The translations under genes were made by a program, and so were the position numbers. Below the pieces are notes generated by a model. It did no database searches. It was not told the DNA's origin and worked only from the letters and a program-made list of their open reading frames with translations. Of a DNA stretch of 47,659 nt, positions 13,492 to 25,914 are shown piece after piece. Numbering within the stretch: the stretch's first letter is position 1; the number at the start of each line of letters is the position of its first letter. The DNA is from Tubiluchus corallicola (lineage: Eukaryota; Animalia; Priapulida), in assembly GCA_030141605.1 (NCBI GenBank), contig JAQGDQ010000973.1, positions 26,706-74,364 on the forward strand, read 5' to 3'.

Positions 13492-13540
13492 CATCATCGT
13501 CGTCGTCGTCGTCGTCGTCATCATCATCATCATCATCAAA
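13090..13540 (+). mobile_element. Probable non-LTR retroelement 3'UTR fragment ending in AATAAA + (ATC)n
   Basis: Colinear with about 38985-39630 (TTTTAAGATC..., ATTTTTATGTTACTA..., GATTTTAATACTC..., TAGAATTCACTCT...); both end in (ATC)n/(GTC)n. Confidence 0.6.
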
Positions 13541-13884
13541 TTTCGTCGTCATAATGTACTAAGACCGAACCGAAAACCTTCACAAAAAGTTAAAGCATTT
13601 GATTGCAATACTGAAGTGTATGTTTGACACTGATACATGATCAAGATTTTTACAGCAAATCAGCTTAAATATCGCTCCTTTTCAATTGTAACGAAATCGA
13701 GTCCTTAATTTGAAACAGAACTTGACTTAAATTGACATTTATTCTCTTTCTTTCTTTTCTTTATTTCCTTCATTTTTTATTTTTAGTCTGAACCAAACTT
13801 GGGGAATATGTCTGTCAGATACTTTCATATCATAGTAAACTCACGAAGCCACATCAGTCTTATCTCCCCCGAAAACAGGTCTAA

Positions 13885-14496
13885 ACGAAGACAGGATGAT
13901 TTTTCATATGGTACCCAATTTTTAAGTACGGTAAAAAGAATACTTTTTAACACAAATAATACTGCAAAAGCGGTTTTGATAATTAAATAATAGATTAAAA
14001 ACTTAATTAACGGCGGGTGAGCCCAACTATTGATGACATCACAAAGTAACATAATTTTCAACAGCAAAAGTATTCCATGACCGTGTTTGTGAAAGCGAAA
14101 ATTGAAGTAGGGTGCTACTGTAAGATATTCAGTGTGTTGCACTAAAACTAGGCAAATTTTAAGATAAAAATTCAACTTTCAAATTTACCACTGTGCTCAC
14201 ACATGAGCTGCCGAAGGTGTGTAGTTCGTCACAAACGAACACATCTTAACTGGGAGGTGCAGAAGCTGTTTTTTATGCAATGTCATTTCGAAATGCAGGC
14301 GCTAGTGCCCGTCTAACTAGCAAATGGTGAAATGCATGTAACAGCGAATAACTAGTGACGCGAATGCGAAATTGTGTTTGTGTGGTAATAATTCTTCCAC
14401 GTAAGTCATTTTTTTTAAAAAATAGTATGTTTCCTTTCAATATTTTAAAGAGTAGATTGTTTTGACCTACAGCTTAAGATTGGCTCTGGTTTTGCT
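13885..14496. mobile_element. Kolobok-like family K3 copy (inverted)
   Basis: Reverse-complement similar to 9193-9802; both give the spurious peptide CLVLVQHTEYLTVA in the ORF track. Confidence 0.7.
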
Positions 14497-16769
14497 TTAG
14501 ATTTAAAACCAATTGCTGATGAATTCATATTTTACGACTGACCCGAAATTCAGGGTAAATTAATGGAAAACCAAGGCAAAGATTTAAACGGCAAATTTCC
14601 GGTTTGAACACAAATCAACATCAAGCAAGGAAATGTTAATGAATTTTTTTAATACAGCCATGAATCATTTACACAAGTGTATTTAATTAAAATGTTCCAG
14701 CCTGTATAACTTGTACTATCTGATTTCAGTCAGTTCAGTTAGAGACAGACAATTTTTAGAAATGCAGGGAGATGAGAATCCCGTGTATTAAAATGGGTTT
14801 CAACACCGGAACTCCATAAAAAGTTTTTATCTTGAAGAAAAATTATAACTCACTAACATTAAACTCAGAATTTGAGTTATTTAGACAATCAAAAATTCAC
14901 GTTTGTGACTTCGTTTCTGCATACAGGTCGCAAAAATTCATAACAACACTACAACATATAATTCGCTTAAATTTAAATAATGATTAATAAATTAATTATT
15001 ATTTACCCAAAAATAATTTAGGTATTTAGTTAGCTCAGAATATTAAAAAATAATTAAAATCAGCTTTATATGATACTAATATTATACTATTATACTGACT
15101 AGTGCAATTAAAGTATATTAAGATACTAAAATAAAATATATGTATACATACTTTGCATGGACAAGACTTAAAATTTATGCATCAGAAATGTGTTTTGTAC
15201 CTTGTTAAGTCATACAATTATGTTATTTCATAATTATCCAATTATTATAATCATCTAATTAACTAATTATGTGAGTAGATTTTGAGCTATTACTGTATTC
15301 ATACTCATATTGCTGTATTATATAACTTTGCATTTAATAAATGGTTTTGCAAAGCCAGTTATTTTTTCTGTGAGGTAATTATTGGCTAGAATTTGCAATG
15401 AGTACTTTATGAATAAAATAACAACTTTAATTATCACAATTTGAAACATTTGATGTGTTGAATTATTTAGAAATCTTTACAACTAAGATGAAACAGAAAC
15501 TGTAATATGCTCACTTGTCTGAAATGCCATCGAAACAAAAGAACAATTTTCTTGAAAAACAATGGCTAATTTCTATTTTCTGTTTTCTAATTTCTGTTTT
15601 CTGTAATTCTTATCTGCTGTAATTAGTAATATATATTACCTGCTTCATATAAAACATATTACAGATAGCTTATATATAAAGCCAGTCATTTGAAACCTGT
15701 TTATATTTGTATACCTATACTATTATGACAATTAATTTTTATAGAAATATCGTGTTGTATACATATTTTAGTGTCCTATTTTACATGCTCTTAGTGTCCT
15801 ACATTATAATAATACATTATATATATATATATATAATGTATATACGATATATATTTATATTTTGAACCAACCTTATTTATTTAACCTGTAATTTACTAAT
15901 CTTTGTTCTTTGTACAGAATTTTGTTATTGTACCAGAACACGAATAAATGATAATAATAATAGTAATATTCGACGAACATAATACTGTGAAAAATTTTTA
16001 ATATTAAACTAAGTGCCCGTTAAAAACAGCGCAGACGATTAAAACGCAACCCCAAAGATTTCCAGCTATGCAGAAAATACGAAAAGAAATGTAGCCTTAT
16101 TTAGAAATTGTATTTCTGAAAGTAGATAAATATAGCTTAGGAAAATAATAACTGTTTTATATACGCAATTATTATCGGCTGTTATGTATCCATTTTAACT
16201 ATATAGATAACAGACAGAACAAATTTCGCTTCATTATACTTAAGAATTTGTGGACAAATTTGAAAAAGAATTTTAGTTTGGATGTACGAGTCTGGCACTG
16301 TTTTTGTCATACGAATGTATACAAACTAAATTGTGCATTTCTATACCCGCCTCCCAGTATAGAAATACATTAGTAATTACATGTTTTCTGTATAATATGA
16401 CACAGGCATGATAACAGTTGGCATTAGCAAAAACCATGTCTGTTTCGAACACACGAAATAATTTATTAATGTCAGCCTATAGGAGAGAAATACGGGTCAG
16501 CTATGTGACCATGCGTCGTTCTATTAATGCGTCTACTCATTATTTCATATACTAAGTTTGATCACATCTGACTCAGACAATAGTTTTTGCTTATAAACTT
16601 ATTAGTTTGCATTCTTAAAAGGGGGATTTGGAAATTAAACGCTTAAAGTACTGAGGAGACGTTTGCTATACACGTAACAGTATCCCATTCTGTACCCTCT
16701 CTCTCTCTCTCTCTCTGACTCACATACAGTGCAGACGTGTAGCTCAAAAGGATGCCGCACTAGGACAGA

Positions 16770-17060
16770 TTCGATGGTTGCCATAAATCAAGTTTAATGT
16801 TAGTCGTGTTTTTATGCTCGCCTATGAAATGTTCTTTACCCAGGCTATGCCAGTGGTGTTTCTTTGCACTGGCCAACAGATTACTACCCCCCCCCCCCAC
16901 CCAGCAGCTAGAACGCACATGCACATTTTTCTACTGTATCCGGCTTGTGTATCGGACATTAATGAGTTTTATTACCGGTAATGAGTTTGCGAGAAAATCA
17001 GCGAGCCCATAAGGTCGACTATAAAAGCAGATAAACAAGTCGTGTGCTTTATGGAAAGAA
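16770..17060 (-). promoter_or_regulatory. Candidate intronic Pbx-Hox/Cdx enhancer
   Basis: Exact Pbx-Hox composite TGATTTATGG on minus (16781-16790), plus TTTATG 16811, CATTAATG 16957, TTTTATTAC 16967, CTATAAAA 17019 and TTTATGG 17048, all within 400 bp of the splice donor. Confidence 0.5.
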
Positions 17061-17156
17061 AAACTTCTCATAACGCACATTTACGTTTCTGGTTTTGTGC
17101 AGGTGACAGCAACGTTTAGAACGTGCGCTAGAAAGAATTGAAAAAAAACGGTATAC

Positions 17157-17583
17157 CTCCGAATGTCATCCAGGGATAAAGTGGAACTCGAGGTGCATCC
17201 GGTGCCACATCCGGTTTGCCGTATCTGCACGTCGGATTGTACATACAGTTTTGTGTGTTTTCCTCTAACCGGTACACACCGTTCCACAGGTGAGGATAAC
17301 CGGCCGTTCCGTCGGACGCGGGTTTTCCGGTAGCGGCGGCGGCGGCCATCATGCCTCGCGTGTCGTTTTTAAAATACGGATTTTGAAACTGATGCTGCGT
17401 CGGATATTCGGCGGCCAACATTTTCAACTGAGACGAACCGTAAGTATCTGTATGATCCGGAAAACTCATGCACTGGCTTACATTGTAATGACTGTAGTCC
17501 ACCACTGCCGTAGCCGCAGACACACTAGCCGTTGCCGCCTGACAGTCGTAGTAGTTGCTACTGTTAGCAAAATATGAACTCAT
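17157..17583 (-). CDS. Hox gene exon 1 (central class, Antp/Ubx/Lox2/Lox4/PG6-8-like); homeodomain exon not found in window
   Basis: ORF begins MSSYFANS (SSYF motif of central Hox proteins) and contains PLYPWM (Pbx/Exd-binding hexapeptide, aa 134-139). TFG follows, then GGA G|GTATAC, a phase-1 donor with GT at 17156-17155. The ORF-track tail (IPFFFNSF*) is read-through into a T-rich intron. The exon is GC-rich relative to its flanks. The paralog group cannot be fixed without the homeodomain. Confidence 0.93.
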
Positions 17584-18340
17584 TATCGTCGTACATTTAG
17601 TTTGTAAGTGGTCGTTTTAGAACATTTTCTACGTGCTTGCAGGCATGATTCAAACGTGAAAATGTTTCAGTATCTGTCCATTTAAAATGATATGTTACGA
17701 CACAAATGGAAGTGGCCAGCATGTGTCTCCATTTCGTATGCAGACCAATGATAGAATGCGTTGTGTTGGCGTTCGCCAATGGGTGGGCCTGTGGCTGGCT
17801 ACGTCACGCTCTCTCTAACGCGGCTTTACATTTTCCGTACAACTCGGATTCATATGCGCCTCAAGTATCCGAAATGCATCCCCGAAATATCGTCCCTTTT
17901 ATATACATTTCATATTCCCTCCGCGCTCGCATTTAAACCCAGCACATCGTAATCACAAGTAGCAGCAAATCTTTCCCCTGTAGTTGTTGAAATAAATTCT
18001 ACAAAACGGCCGATTCCCTGATTTTATTTCTGCAATTAAAGACGCCATAAATTATTATTATGAGAAGGGAAGCATAGTAAAAACAAATTGTCTATACAAG
18101 GAATTCCCCGCGTGTGCAGTAAGGACAGCGTTGGGGTGACAGTTATTTAAATTACACGACATAACGTTTAGTGTATGTAAGAAATAAACTCAACTGAACT
18201 CTATCGCCTGTTTTAGTAATAAAGGATATGGCTTTTGGTCGGGTAATAAACTCTGGTTCTGGCGCGCGTTTCGCGAGTTCGTAAAATAGCGGTTTATGGG
18301 CCGTTAGCGCTTTTATTATGTGATTAATATGCAATATTGT
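17584..18340 (-). promoter_or_regulatory. Hox promoter / 5' regulatory region
   Basis: Repeat-free and CpG-enriched. TATA-like TATATAAAAG on minus at about 17896-17905; CCAAT boxes about 17745 and 17776; CRE-like ACGTCA about 17801. Cdx/Hox-type sites: CCATAAA 18045, GTAATAAA 18216 and 18243, TCGTAAAA 18279, TTTATGG 18293, TTTTATTA 18311, TGATTAAT 18321. Confidence 0.6.
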
Positions 18341-20250
18341 CAGGGAAAGTGATTTTAAATAAACGTATGTGTACTGAGAGTGTGTGTGTGTGAGTTGCTT
18401 TTGTGGAAAGATTTGCCATATTGGACTGGTGCGTCTTTAGTTTGGGAAACTAAATAGGAAATTACGATTTGTGGAGATGGTTATCTAACGGTTTTGGCGT
18501 GAGTGTATTACTAAAATACTATAGCGTGGTTTTTAATGCTGGAAACTATATGGACTGTAGCTTCTTCGAAACTAGACGAAAAGCAATCGGGCAATTTAAA
18601 GGTAACATGTATTGCTGACTCGTATATTCTTACAAAGATAATTATTAAACGTAATCTGAATCTCTCGAAATTTACTCATAACTTTAATTATGAACTCTTG
18701 AGTGTATTGTTAGTGTTAAAGGAAGACAGGATGATTTTTCGTATACTACTTCATTTTCAAGTCTGATAAAAAGTATACATTCTAACAGAATTAATACTGC
18801 AAAAGCGTTTCTGATAGTTGAATAATAGATTAAAAACTCCGTTAACGGCGAGCGAGCCCCATTATTGATGACGTCACAAACTAACATAGTGTTAGTGGAA
18901 TGCTGAATAGTGACCGGAAACAGAAGAACCACCTGCAGCTATCATAGGCATCATAGTATTGTAATGGCTTTGTCCTCATCTCACCATAGGTAGGTGATGA
19001 GCCTATCTTAGCCCCCCCCCCCCATTTCAAAGCCCGGGGGAGAGAAACCCCCTCAAAGTCTCTTTCAAAGCTGTCAGACGTTTCTAATCTAGAGTCTAGT
19101 AGCACGTTAGCGATCTGATCACCATCACTGATTTCATGCACTCAAAAAACTTTCCTCTCAGAAACTATGGTTATTTACTTGCAAAATTGTCATTGTTGAG
19201 ATGTGATGATGTAAGAAAGGTCACAGTTATGCAAGAAACATAAGAAGCTCTCTTGTTTGGCTTCAAAGTCCGTACCGATTTTTGGCAGCAGGCTAATAGA
19301 TATGCTTTCTCACCTTCCTTCATTATGCTGGACAGCTGAAACTCATTCCTACGAAGATGAAAAGCTTGACCTGGTCATCTAAAGATTGAATAGCCTGGTC
19401 AGCCATCAACACAGAAGACAATTCTGGTTTGCACTTTGCGATAGATTACTTTTTTTAATTATAATTCTTTATTTTTATAGAATACATTCCCTCTATTTGT
19501 GGAGATACGCTTAAAATTTCTAAAAGCATTTACAACGTATTAAACATATTCACATACATATATATAATTTAGAATCCAACGCATGAGACACATTGAACGA
19601 CAACGATCATATACAATAGACATAGTTACAAATTATAATCAAACACCGCATACATCATAATAAAAGATAACGAACATATTTTAATACTTAGTAACAAAAA
19701 TTTACACACATTATACACAATGAAAAACAGCTACTACATTTGTAATAAACATAATTACCAATTTTAATATAAATTCACATAATCATAAATAAAAACAAAA
19801 CAGCATATAGAAAACACGGCGAGAGTTGTAAGACTTCCACCACCAGATAGTTACCCTAGGTTTAGCGTTGAGATTCTATGGGAAGAATCGGTTTAAAGTG
19901 GAAATACTGAAACTGAAGAGGATCTATCACATTGCAATGATTCTGATGTACATATGAAAAAGTGTTAGTGGGACACTCTCTTCGTAATGGTTTGCTGCAT
20001 ACAGTTGTAAGGTTTCCTAGATTCCTAGAAGGAGGAGAAGGCCATCTATACTACATTGTTTCTCGTATTAAAAATCATATATAATAATATTAAAGTATCA
20101 GAATTCCAGAGAATGTTTTCACTACAAGATCAGCGGAGTTGAACGTCACTTTCGTGATTAAATGAGATCATTTTGCTACAATTTGTGCGAGAGAATTATT
20201 TGCGTTTTCAGATTAGGATTCGTAGTAACAAAATGATAGTGGATTCGTTG

Positions 20251-20698
20251 GATAGCCATGCCATGTGAGCTATGAAACCCTCTCCACGCGACTATGACTT
20301 CTCCAGGATAGCCATGCCACGTGGGCTATGAAACCCTCCCCACGCGACTATGACCTCTCCAGGATAGCCATGCCACGTGGGCTAAGAAACCCTCCCCACG
20401 CGACTATGACCTCTCCAGGATAGCCATGCCACGTGGGCTATGAAACCCTCCCCACGCGACTATGACCTCTCCAGGATAGCCATGCCACGTGGGCTAAGAA
20501 ACCCTCCCCACGCGACTATGACCGCTCCAGGATAGCCATGCCACGTGAGCTATGAAACCCTCCCCACGCGACTATGACCGCTCCAGGATAGCCATGCCAC
20601 GTGATCTATGAAACCCTCCCCACGGGACAATGACCTCTCCAGGATAGCCATGCCAGGTGGGCTATGAAATCCTCCCCACGCGACTAGGACTTCTCCAG
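20251..20698. repeat. 56-bp GC-rich minisatellite, 8 units
   Basis: Unit GATAGCCATGCCACGTGGGCTATGAAACCCTCCCCACGCGACTATGACCTCTCCAG starts at 20251, 20307, 20363, 20419, 20475, 20531, 20587 and 20643. Confidence 0.97.
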
Positions 20699-20822
20699 AA
20701 ATTCTATAATACAGGATGTTAGTAATCAAGGAGTGTTTTTTGAAAAGACTACATACTTTTCTAAAGACTACATAAAACTACGTATTAAAAAGTGTTTTAC
20801 TGCTTTACCTTTTTATATACCT

Positions 20823-21135
20823 GTTGTAGTAGTTGCTGCTGCTGTTGTTGTTGTTGTTCCTGCTGTTGTTGTTGTTGTTGCTGTTGCTGTTGTTGTTTTT
20901 ATTGTTGTTGTTGTTGTTGCTGCTGCTGCTGCTGCTGCTGTTGCTGCTGCTGTTGCTGTTGTCGTTGTCGTTGTTGCTGTTGTCGTTGTTGTTGTTGTTG
21001 TTGTTGATGCTGCTGCTGTTGTTGCTGTTGCAGTTGTTGTTATCGTCGTCGTCGTCGTCGTCGTTGTTGTTGATGTTGTTGTTGTTGTTCCTGCTGTTGT
21101 TGTAATTGCTGTTGCTGTTGTTATTTTTATTGTTG

Positions 21136-21166
<31 letters not shown>

Positions 21167-21186
21167 TGTTGCTGTTGCCGTTGTCG
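20823..21186. repeat. Compound (GTT)/(GCT)/(GTC) microsatellite
   Basis: Direct inspection. Confidence 0.95.
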
Positions 21187-21742
21187 TAGTCCCTATATTT
21201 GATGACATATCAAACACTTTGTTTCGGTCTTTTATCGTGTTTTTAGAGATTTGCTTTCTGATTCGACCTAAAAGCACGATCAAGTTTTTTTGCTTCTTTT
21301 TAATGCAATACACTATTTCAAATTTTTTTCTACTTTGTGTTTAATGAGCGAAGTTCTGAAGGACGAGAGAGTAGCTTGTTTGTTTGGGAAGCCAACGGTT
21401 GTTCACGGGGACGCTTTTCGGGACAAACTAAGATGCGTCCTTAGAATTCTACAATCAATTGTCGGTGAACCATTTTCTTCAAAACCGAGACACTACGTAG
21501 GACGTTCGCGAATTAACCCTTTCATTCCTAAAGGCAGTCATGTGCCAGACAGCTTTGTTTCATGTTAAATAAATGTCGTGTGCGTTTGTGTAACATTATC
21601 ACTCAACCTTTTATTTAAGTAGCTCTATATTTGTGATTTGCCTTAATATAGTCAAATCAATCAGTTTTATTTACATGAAGAACAACTCACTGCAAATAGA
21701 AGGACACCTTCTTGTATGTATTAGTTTTTTAAATAAATAAAT

Positions 21743-22165
<423 letters not shown>

Positions 22166-23224
22166 TTTATTTTCTATATTTTAGTTACTCCTTGCCTTTT
22201 TACCTTTTTCGCAAGACTATTATAGTGTTTACTACGTTTATTGGATGCAAACTTCAATATAGAAGGCGCAAAAAATAACACACGCGCGGTTACTAAAGGC
22301 AGGTGCAAAAGCTCATTGCGCATGATTACAATGTTTGTGATTTAACCAACTCAATTTCTTTATCTCCAACACGCTAGGCAGGGCATGGAAGCAATTTATG
22401 TCACAATTTCTTTCCAAATCTTTGTCAAAAATCGCTTTTTATCGCCAGAAAAGACGTGTCGCTCACGCCGACAGCTTATACCCATGAAAACGATGCTAAA
22501 CGGGGGGGGGGGGGGGAGTTTAGCCGAAGGGGTAAGCTTCGATTATTTTTGAAGTTATGATGATTACCATTGTCAACGTGTCATCAAATGGTATCGCGTA
22601 CAATAGGCAGAATTTTTTAATTATCACCAATCCAGGTCGCTAATTACGAAGTGGTCGGTTTTTGCGGTGATGTTAAAACGGTGTCTCGAAATAGACTCCT
22701 CTTCCAGGAGGTTTTTACATCCCTAAGCGGGGGATAAATAACTCAGCACTCCACTCCGCGGCTATAAAGGTATAACGATGACATTAAATGCCATTAGGAG
22801 AAATCTCAACGTGTCTTTAGTTACAAAAACATAAACTGCCACGTTCGAATTGCTGCTTCGGCCCAGTCAGAGGGTTGCTGGGATTTTTGCTCTCCCGGAA
22901 ATCATTACCTCCAAGTTATCACTGATAGAATCCGAATAAATAATCACTGATTTCTACAGATGCTGCAAAAGTGTTATGGTTTTCTAACGCGGCGAAATCA
23001 GTGGTGCAAAATGAATCAAATTTAATTTGAAGGAGAAGTTGTTTCACGTCTTTTTTATTGCTTCTTAACGGCGAGCCAACAAAATGCCCTCGTCTTTGTA
23101 CCGCAGTGCCATCTGTATTCAGACATTGAAATGAAAGAGTACGACAAACATCCAGTGCGACATGCATTGAAATACGAGGACCCAAAGTAATCCTATCACT
23201 GCACGTTTAATTTTCTGCAGTTAA

Positions 23225-23679
23225 CCCTTTCAGTCCCAAATTATTTTTTTAATACAAAAAAATTTTTTGGCTTGGTACTTTTGTTCAGTATGTCCATCTT
23301 GTTTACACATAATAATTTTTTTCTACCTGTGCCCGCGTGCTAAATATAGCCCGTATCCCACGGGATACATTGGGATTCAATGGAAGCATAAAATGTGCTT
23401 CATTTTGCAACTGCTGATAATTTTTAAAGTATTTAAGACATTTCGTATGCACGCTATGCTGATCTGTACAAAGTATCTCTAAAGTACGGTACCTTGCGCA
23501 GTTTTTTTATGCTATGTAGATTTTCTAGTTTGCCATTTTATCACCATTTTTAGTCTATTGTTATTAGCTTAAATCAAAATAACTATTAACAGATCAAATA
23601 ACTGTCAGTTTAAAATTTTATTAATTTTAAAGGCAGAAAATATTATCGTGTCCCACGAGATACAACGGGTATGAAAGGG
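23225..23679. mobile_element. piggyBac-like MITE, copy 2 (inverted relative to copy 1)
   Basis: TTAA|CCCTTTCAGTCCC ... TATGAAAGGG|TTAA; reverse complement of 4828-5283 with few substitutions. Confidence 0.85.
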
Positions 23680-23845
23680 TTAATAGAAAAAAGGTGTGAA
23701 GAAAATTTAGTGCATAAATTATATCTGTTGACCTAAAAATGTATAAATAACTAAGTAAACTATGTAATAACTAGGGGATGACCAATCATGTCATGTGTGA
23801 AAGCAGTTATCTTCCCGCGCTGAGACAACAGCTGAATTTCCATTG

Positions 23846-24026
23846 ATCATCATCATCGTCATCACCGTCATCATCATCATCATCATCATCATCATTATCG
23901 TTATCATCATCATCATCATCACTTGTTTATTTCTTTATTTATTACTTAATGGTTAGTAAGTTGGTTGGTTGGTTGATTGGTTGGTTACTTAGTTAGATAG
24001 ATAGTTAGTTAGTCAGTCAGTCAGTC

Positions 24027-24116
<90 letters not shown>

Positions 24117-24350
24117 CGAGCGAGTGAGCGTGTTTGTTTGTTTGTTTGTTTGTTTGTTTGTTTGTTTGTTTGTTTGTTTGTTTGTTTGTTTGTTTGTTTG
24201 TTTGTTTGTTTGTTTGTTCGTTTGTTTGTTTGTTTGTTTGTTTGTTTGTTTGTTTGTTTGTTTGTTTGTTTGTTTGTTTGTTTGTTTGTTTGTTGGTTGG
24301 TTGGTTGGTTGGTTGGTTGGCTACTTAGTTAGATAGATAGTTAGTTAGTC

Positions 24351-24418
<68 letters not shown>

Positions 24419-24614
24419 GGTTGGTTGGTTGGTTGGTTGGTCGGTCGGTCGGTCGGTCGGTCGGTCGGTCGGTCGGTCGGTCGGTCAGTCAGTCAGTCAG
24501 TCAGTCAGTCAGTCAATCAATCAATCAGTCAATCAGTCAATCGGTCAATCGGTCAGTCGGTCAGTCGGTCAGTCGGTTAGTCAGTTAGTCAGTTAGTTAG
24601 TCAGTCAGTCAGTC

Positions 24615-24669
<55 letters not shown>

Positions 24670-24740
24670 CAGTCAGTCAGTCAGTCAGTCAGTCAGTCAG
24701 TCAGTCAGTCAGTCGGTTAGTTAGTTAGTTTGTTTGTTTC
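23846..24740. repeat. (ATC)n followed by compound tetranucleotide array (TTAG, TTTG, TTGG, TCGG, TCAG, TCAA)
   Basis: Direct inspection. Confidence 0.97.
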
Positions 24741-25526
24741 TTTGTTTTAATTTGTGTGTTTATTTATTTATTATTTCATTATTTTACAGGAGAAAGACAT
24801 TTAACAGACGGGTAACAAATAAACAAACACTAATAGAGCTTGAACAAGATGTCTGAAAAAACAAGGTTATTTCTCGCAAGGGAAAGTTCAAAGTTTAAAC
24901 TGTTTTATTGTAACTAGAAAGGTAATTTTATTATAGGAATATAAATTATTAGCTTCGTTATAATGATACTAGTTGTGACCAATTATAGCAGTAGGTGATT
25001 ATCCGCTTTGTTGTATTGTCGCCATCGCTGTTACTGTCGCCATTTGTTGTCAGCGGCGTGTCACAACAACAGTTACAGCCTTTACTGCTGACGTTGCTCT
25101 TGTTATTGCCGCCGTTGGTTGTTATTGTTGCCCGTTGCAGTTGCCGTTAGAGCTACAGTTGAAAAAGTAGTTACACGTACATTCGAAGTACATTTACTGT
25201 TGCTGTCACTGCCATTCTTGTCTATGCGGTCACGTGATGGGTATTTGATGATGATGATGTCGCCGTCAGTGCTGCTGTCGCATTGCAGCCACCACCACCT
25301 CTATTGCAGGTGCTGTTGCCGTTGGGATTATCATCAAATGTTGCCTTTGCCTTTGCTGCTTTTGTTGACGTCGCTGTTGTCGTTGAGCTGCAATTTGAAA
25401 AACATTTGTGTGTGTGTGTGAGTGCGCGTGCGTGCGTGTGTGTGTGTGTGCGTTTTCTTTGGATTTCTGCTTTTTCTGTTATCTAATGTGTAAGTCACAT
25501 GGAAAGTTTTAGTTGTCTCTTGCTCC

Positions 25527-25914
25527 AATAAGCCTTTTCACAGTTCCAGCGGTTGATGATGATCGTGAAAAGGTCAAAGACTAAGTGTACCAGACAACAC
25601 ATTTGTGTACACTTGACAACGCCTCGCAGCTCACGCTATTGTAATAGCAACAGTTTTAACAACTAGTTAAAATATTAGCTAGCTCTTTTTTTCTTTTTAC
25701 AAGCTAGAACTTGCTAGTAAATCACTCTATGCACAGACTAATGCATAGTTAATTAAAATCCACGTAAAACAACCAATGTTAACGAACAGACGCTGCAGAC
25801 GGCTTTGCTTTACCCACATGTCACGTTGTAGTTAAGACGGGTTGTTGTGATACACTTAACCTTTCACCTACAGCAACTGCGCGCGTGCACAACGAAACTG
25901 TGAAAAGGCTTATT
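25527..25914. mobile_element. MITE family M copy (inverted)
   Basis: AATAAGCCTTTTCACAGTT ... AACTGTGAAAAGGCTTATT, a perfect 19-bp TIR. Confidence 0.8.

Noticed and set aside
17128-17156. C-terminal IPFFFNSF of the 151-aa ORF
   Set aside because: Lies after the GT donor; most likely intron read-through.
17972-18006. CCCCTGTAG...CTACA short hairpin
   Set aside because: Seed mismatch and a stem far too short for a pre-miRNA.
18888-19440. GC-elevated segment with 86-aa ORF
   Set aside because: Probably decayed TE coding sequence, but no motif I can identify; needs BLASTX.
20251-20698. CRISPR-like regularity (also 26594-28002 and 34873-35570)
   Set aside because: Head-to-tail repeats with no unique spacers, no cas genes, and a eukaryotic context.
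22919-23185. 88-aa ORF
   Set aside because: Non-ATG start, no recognisable domain or clear splice signals.
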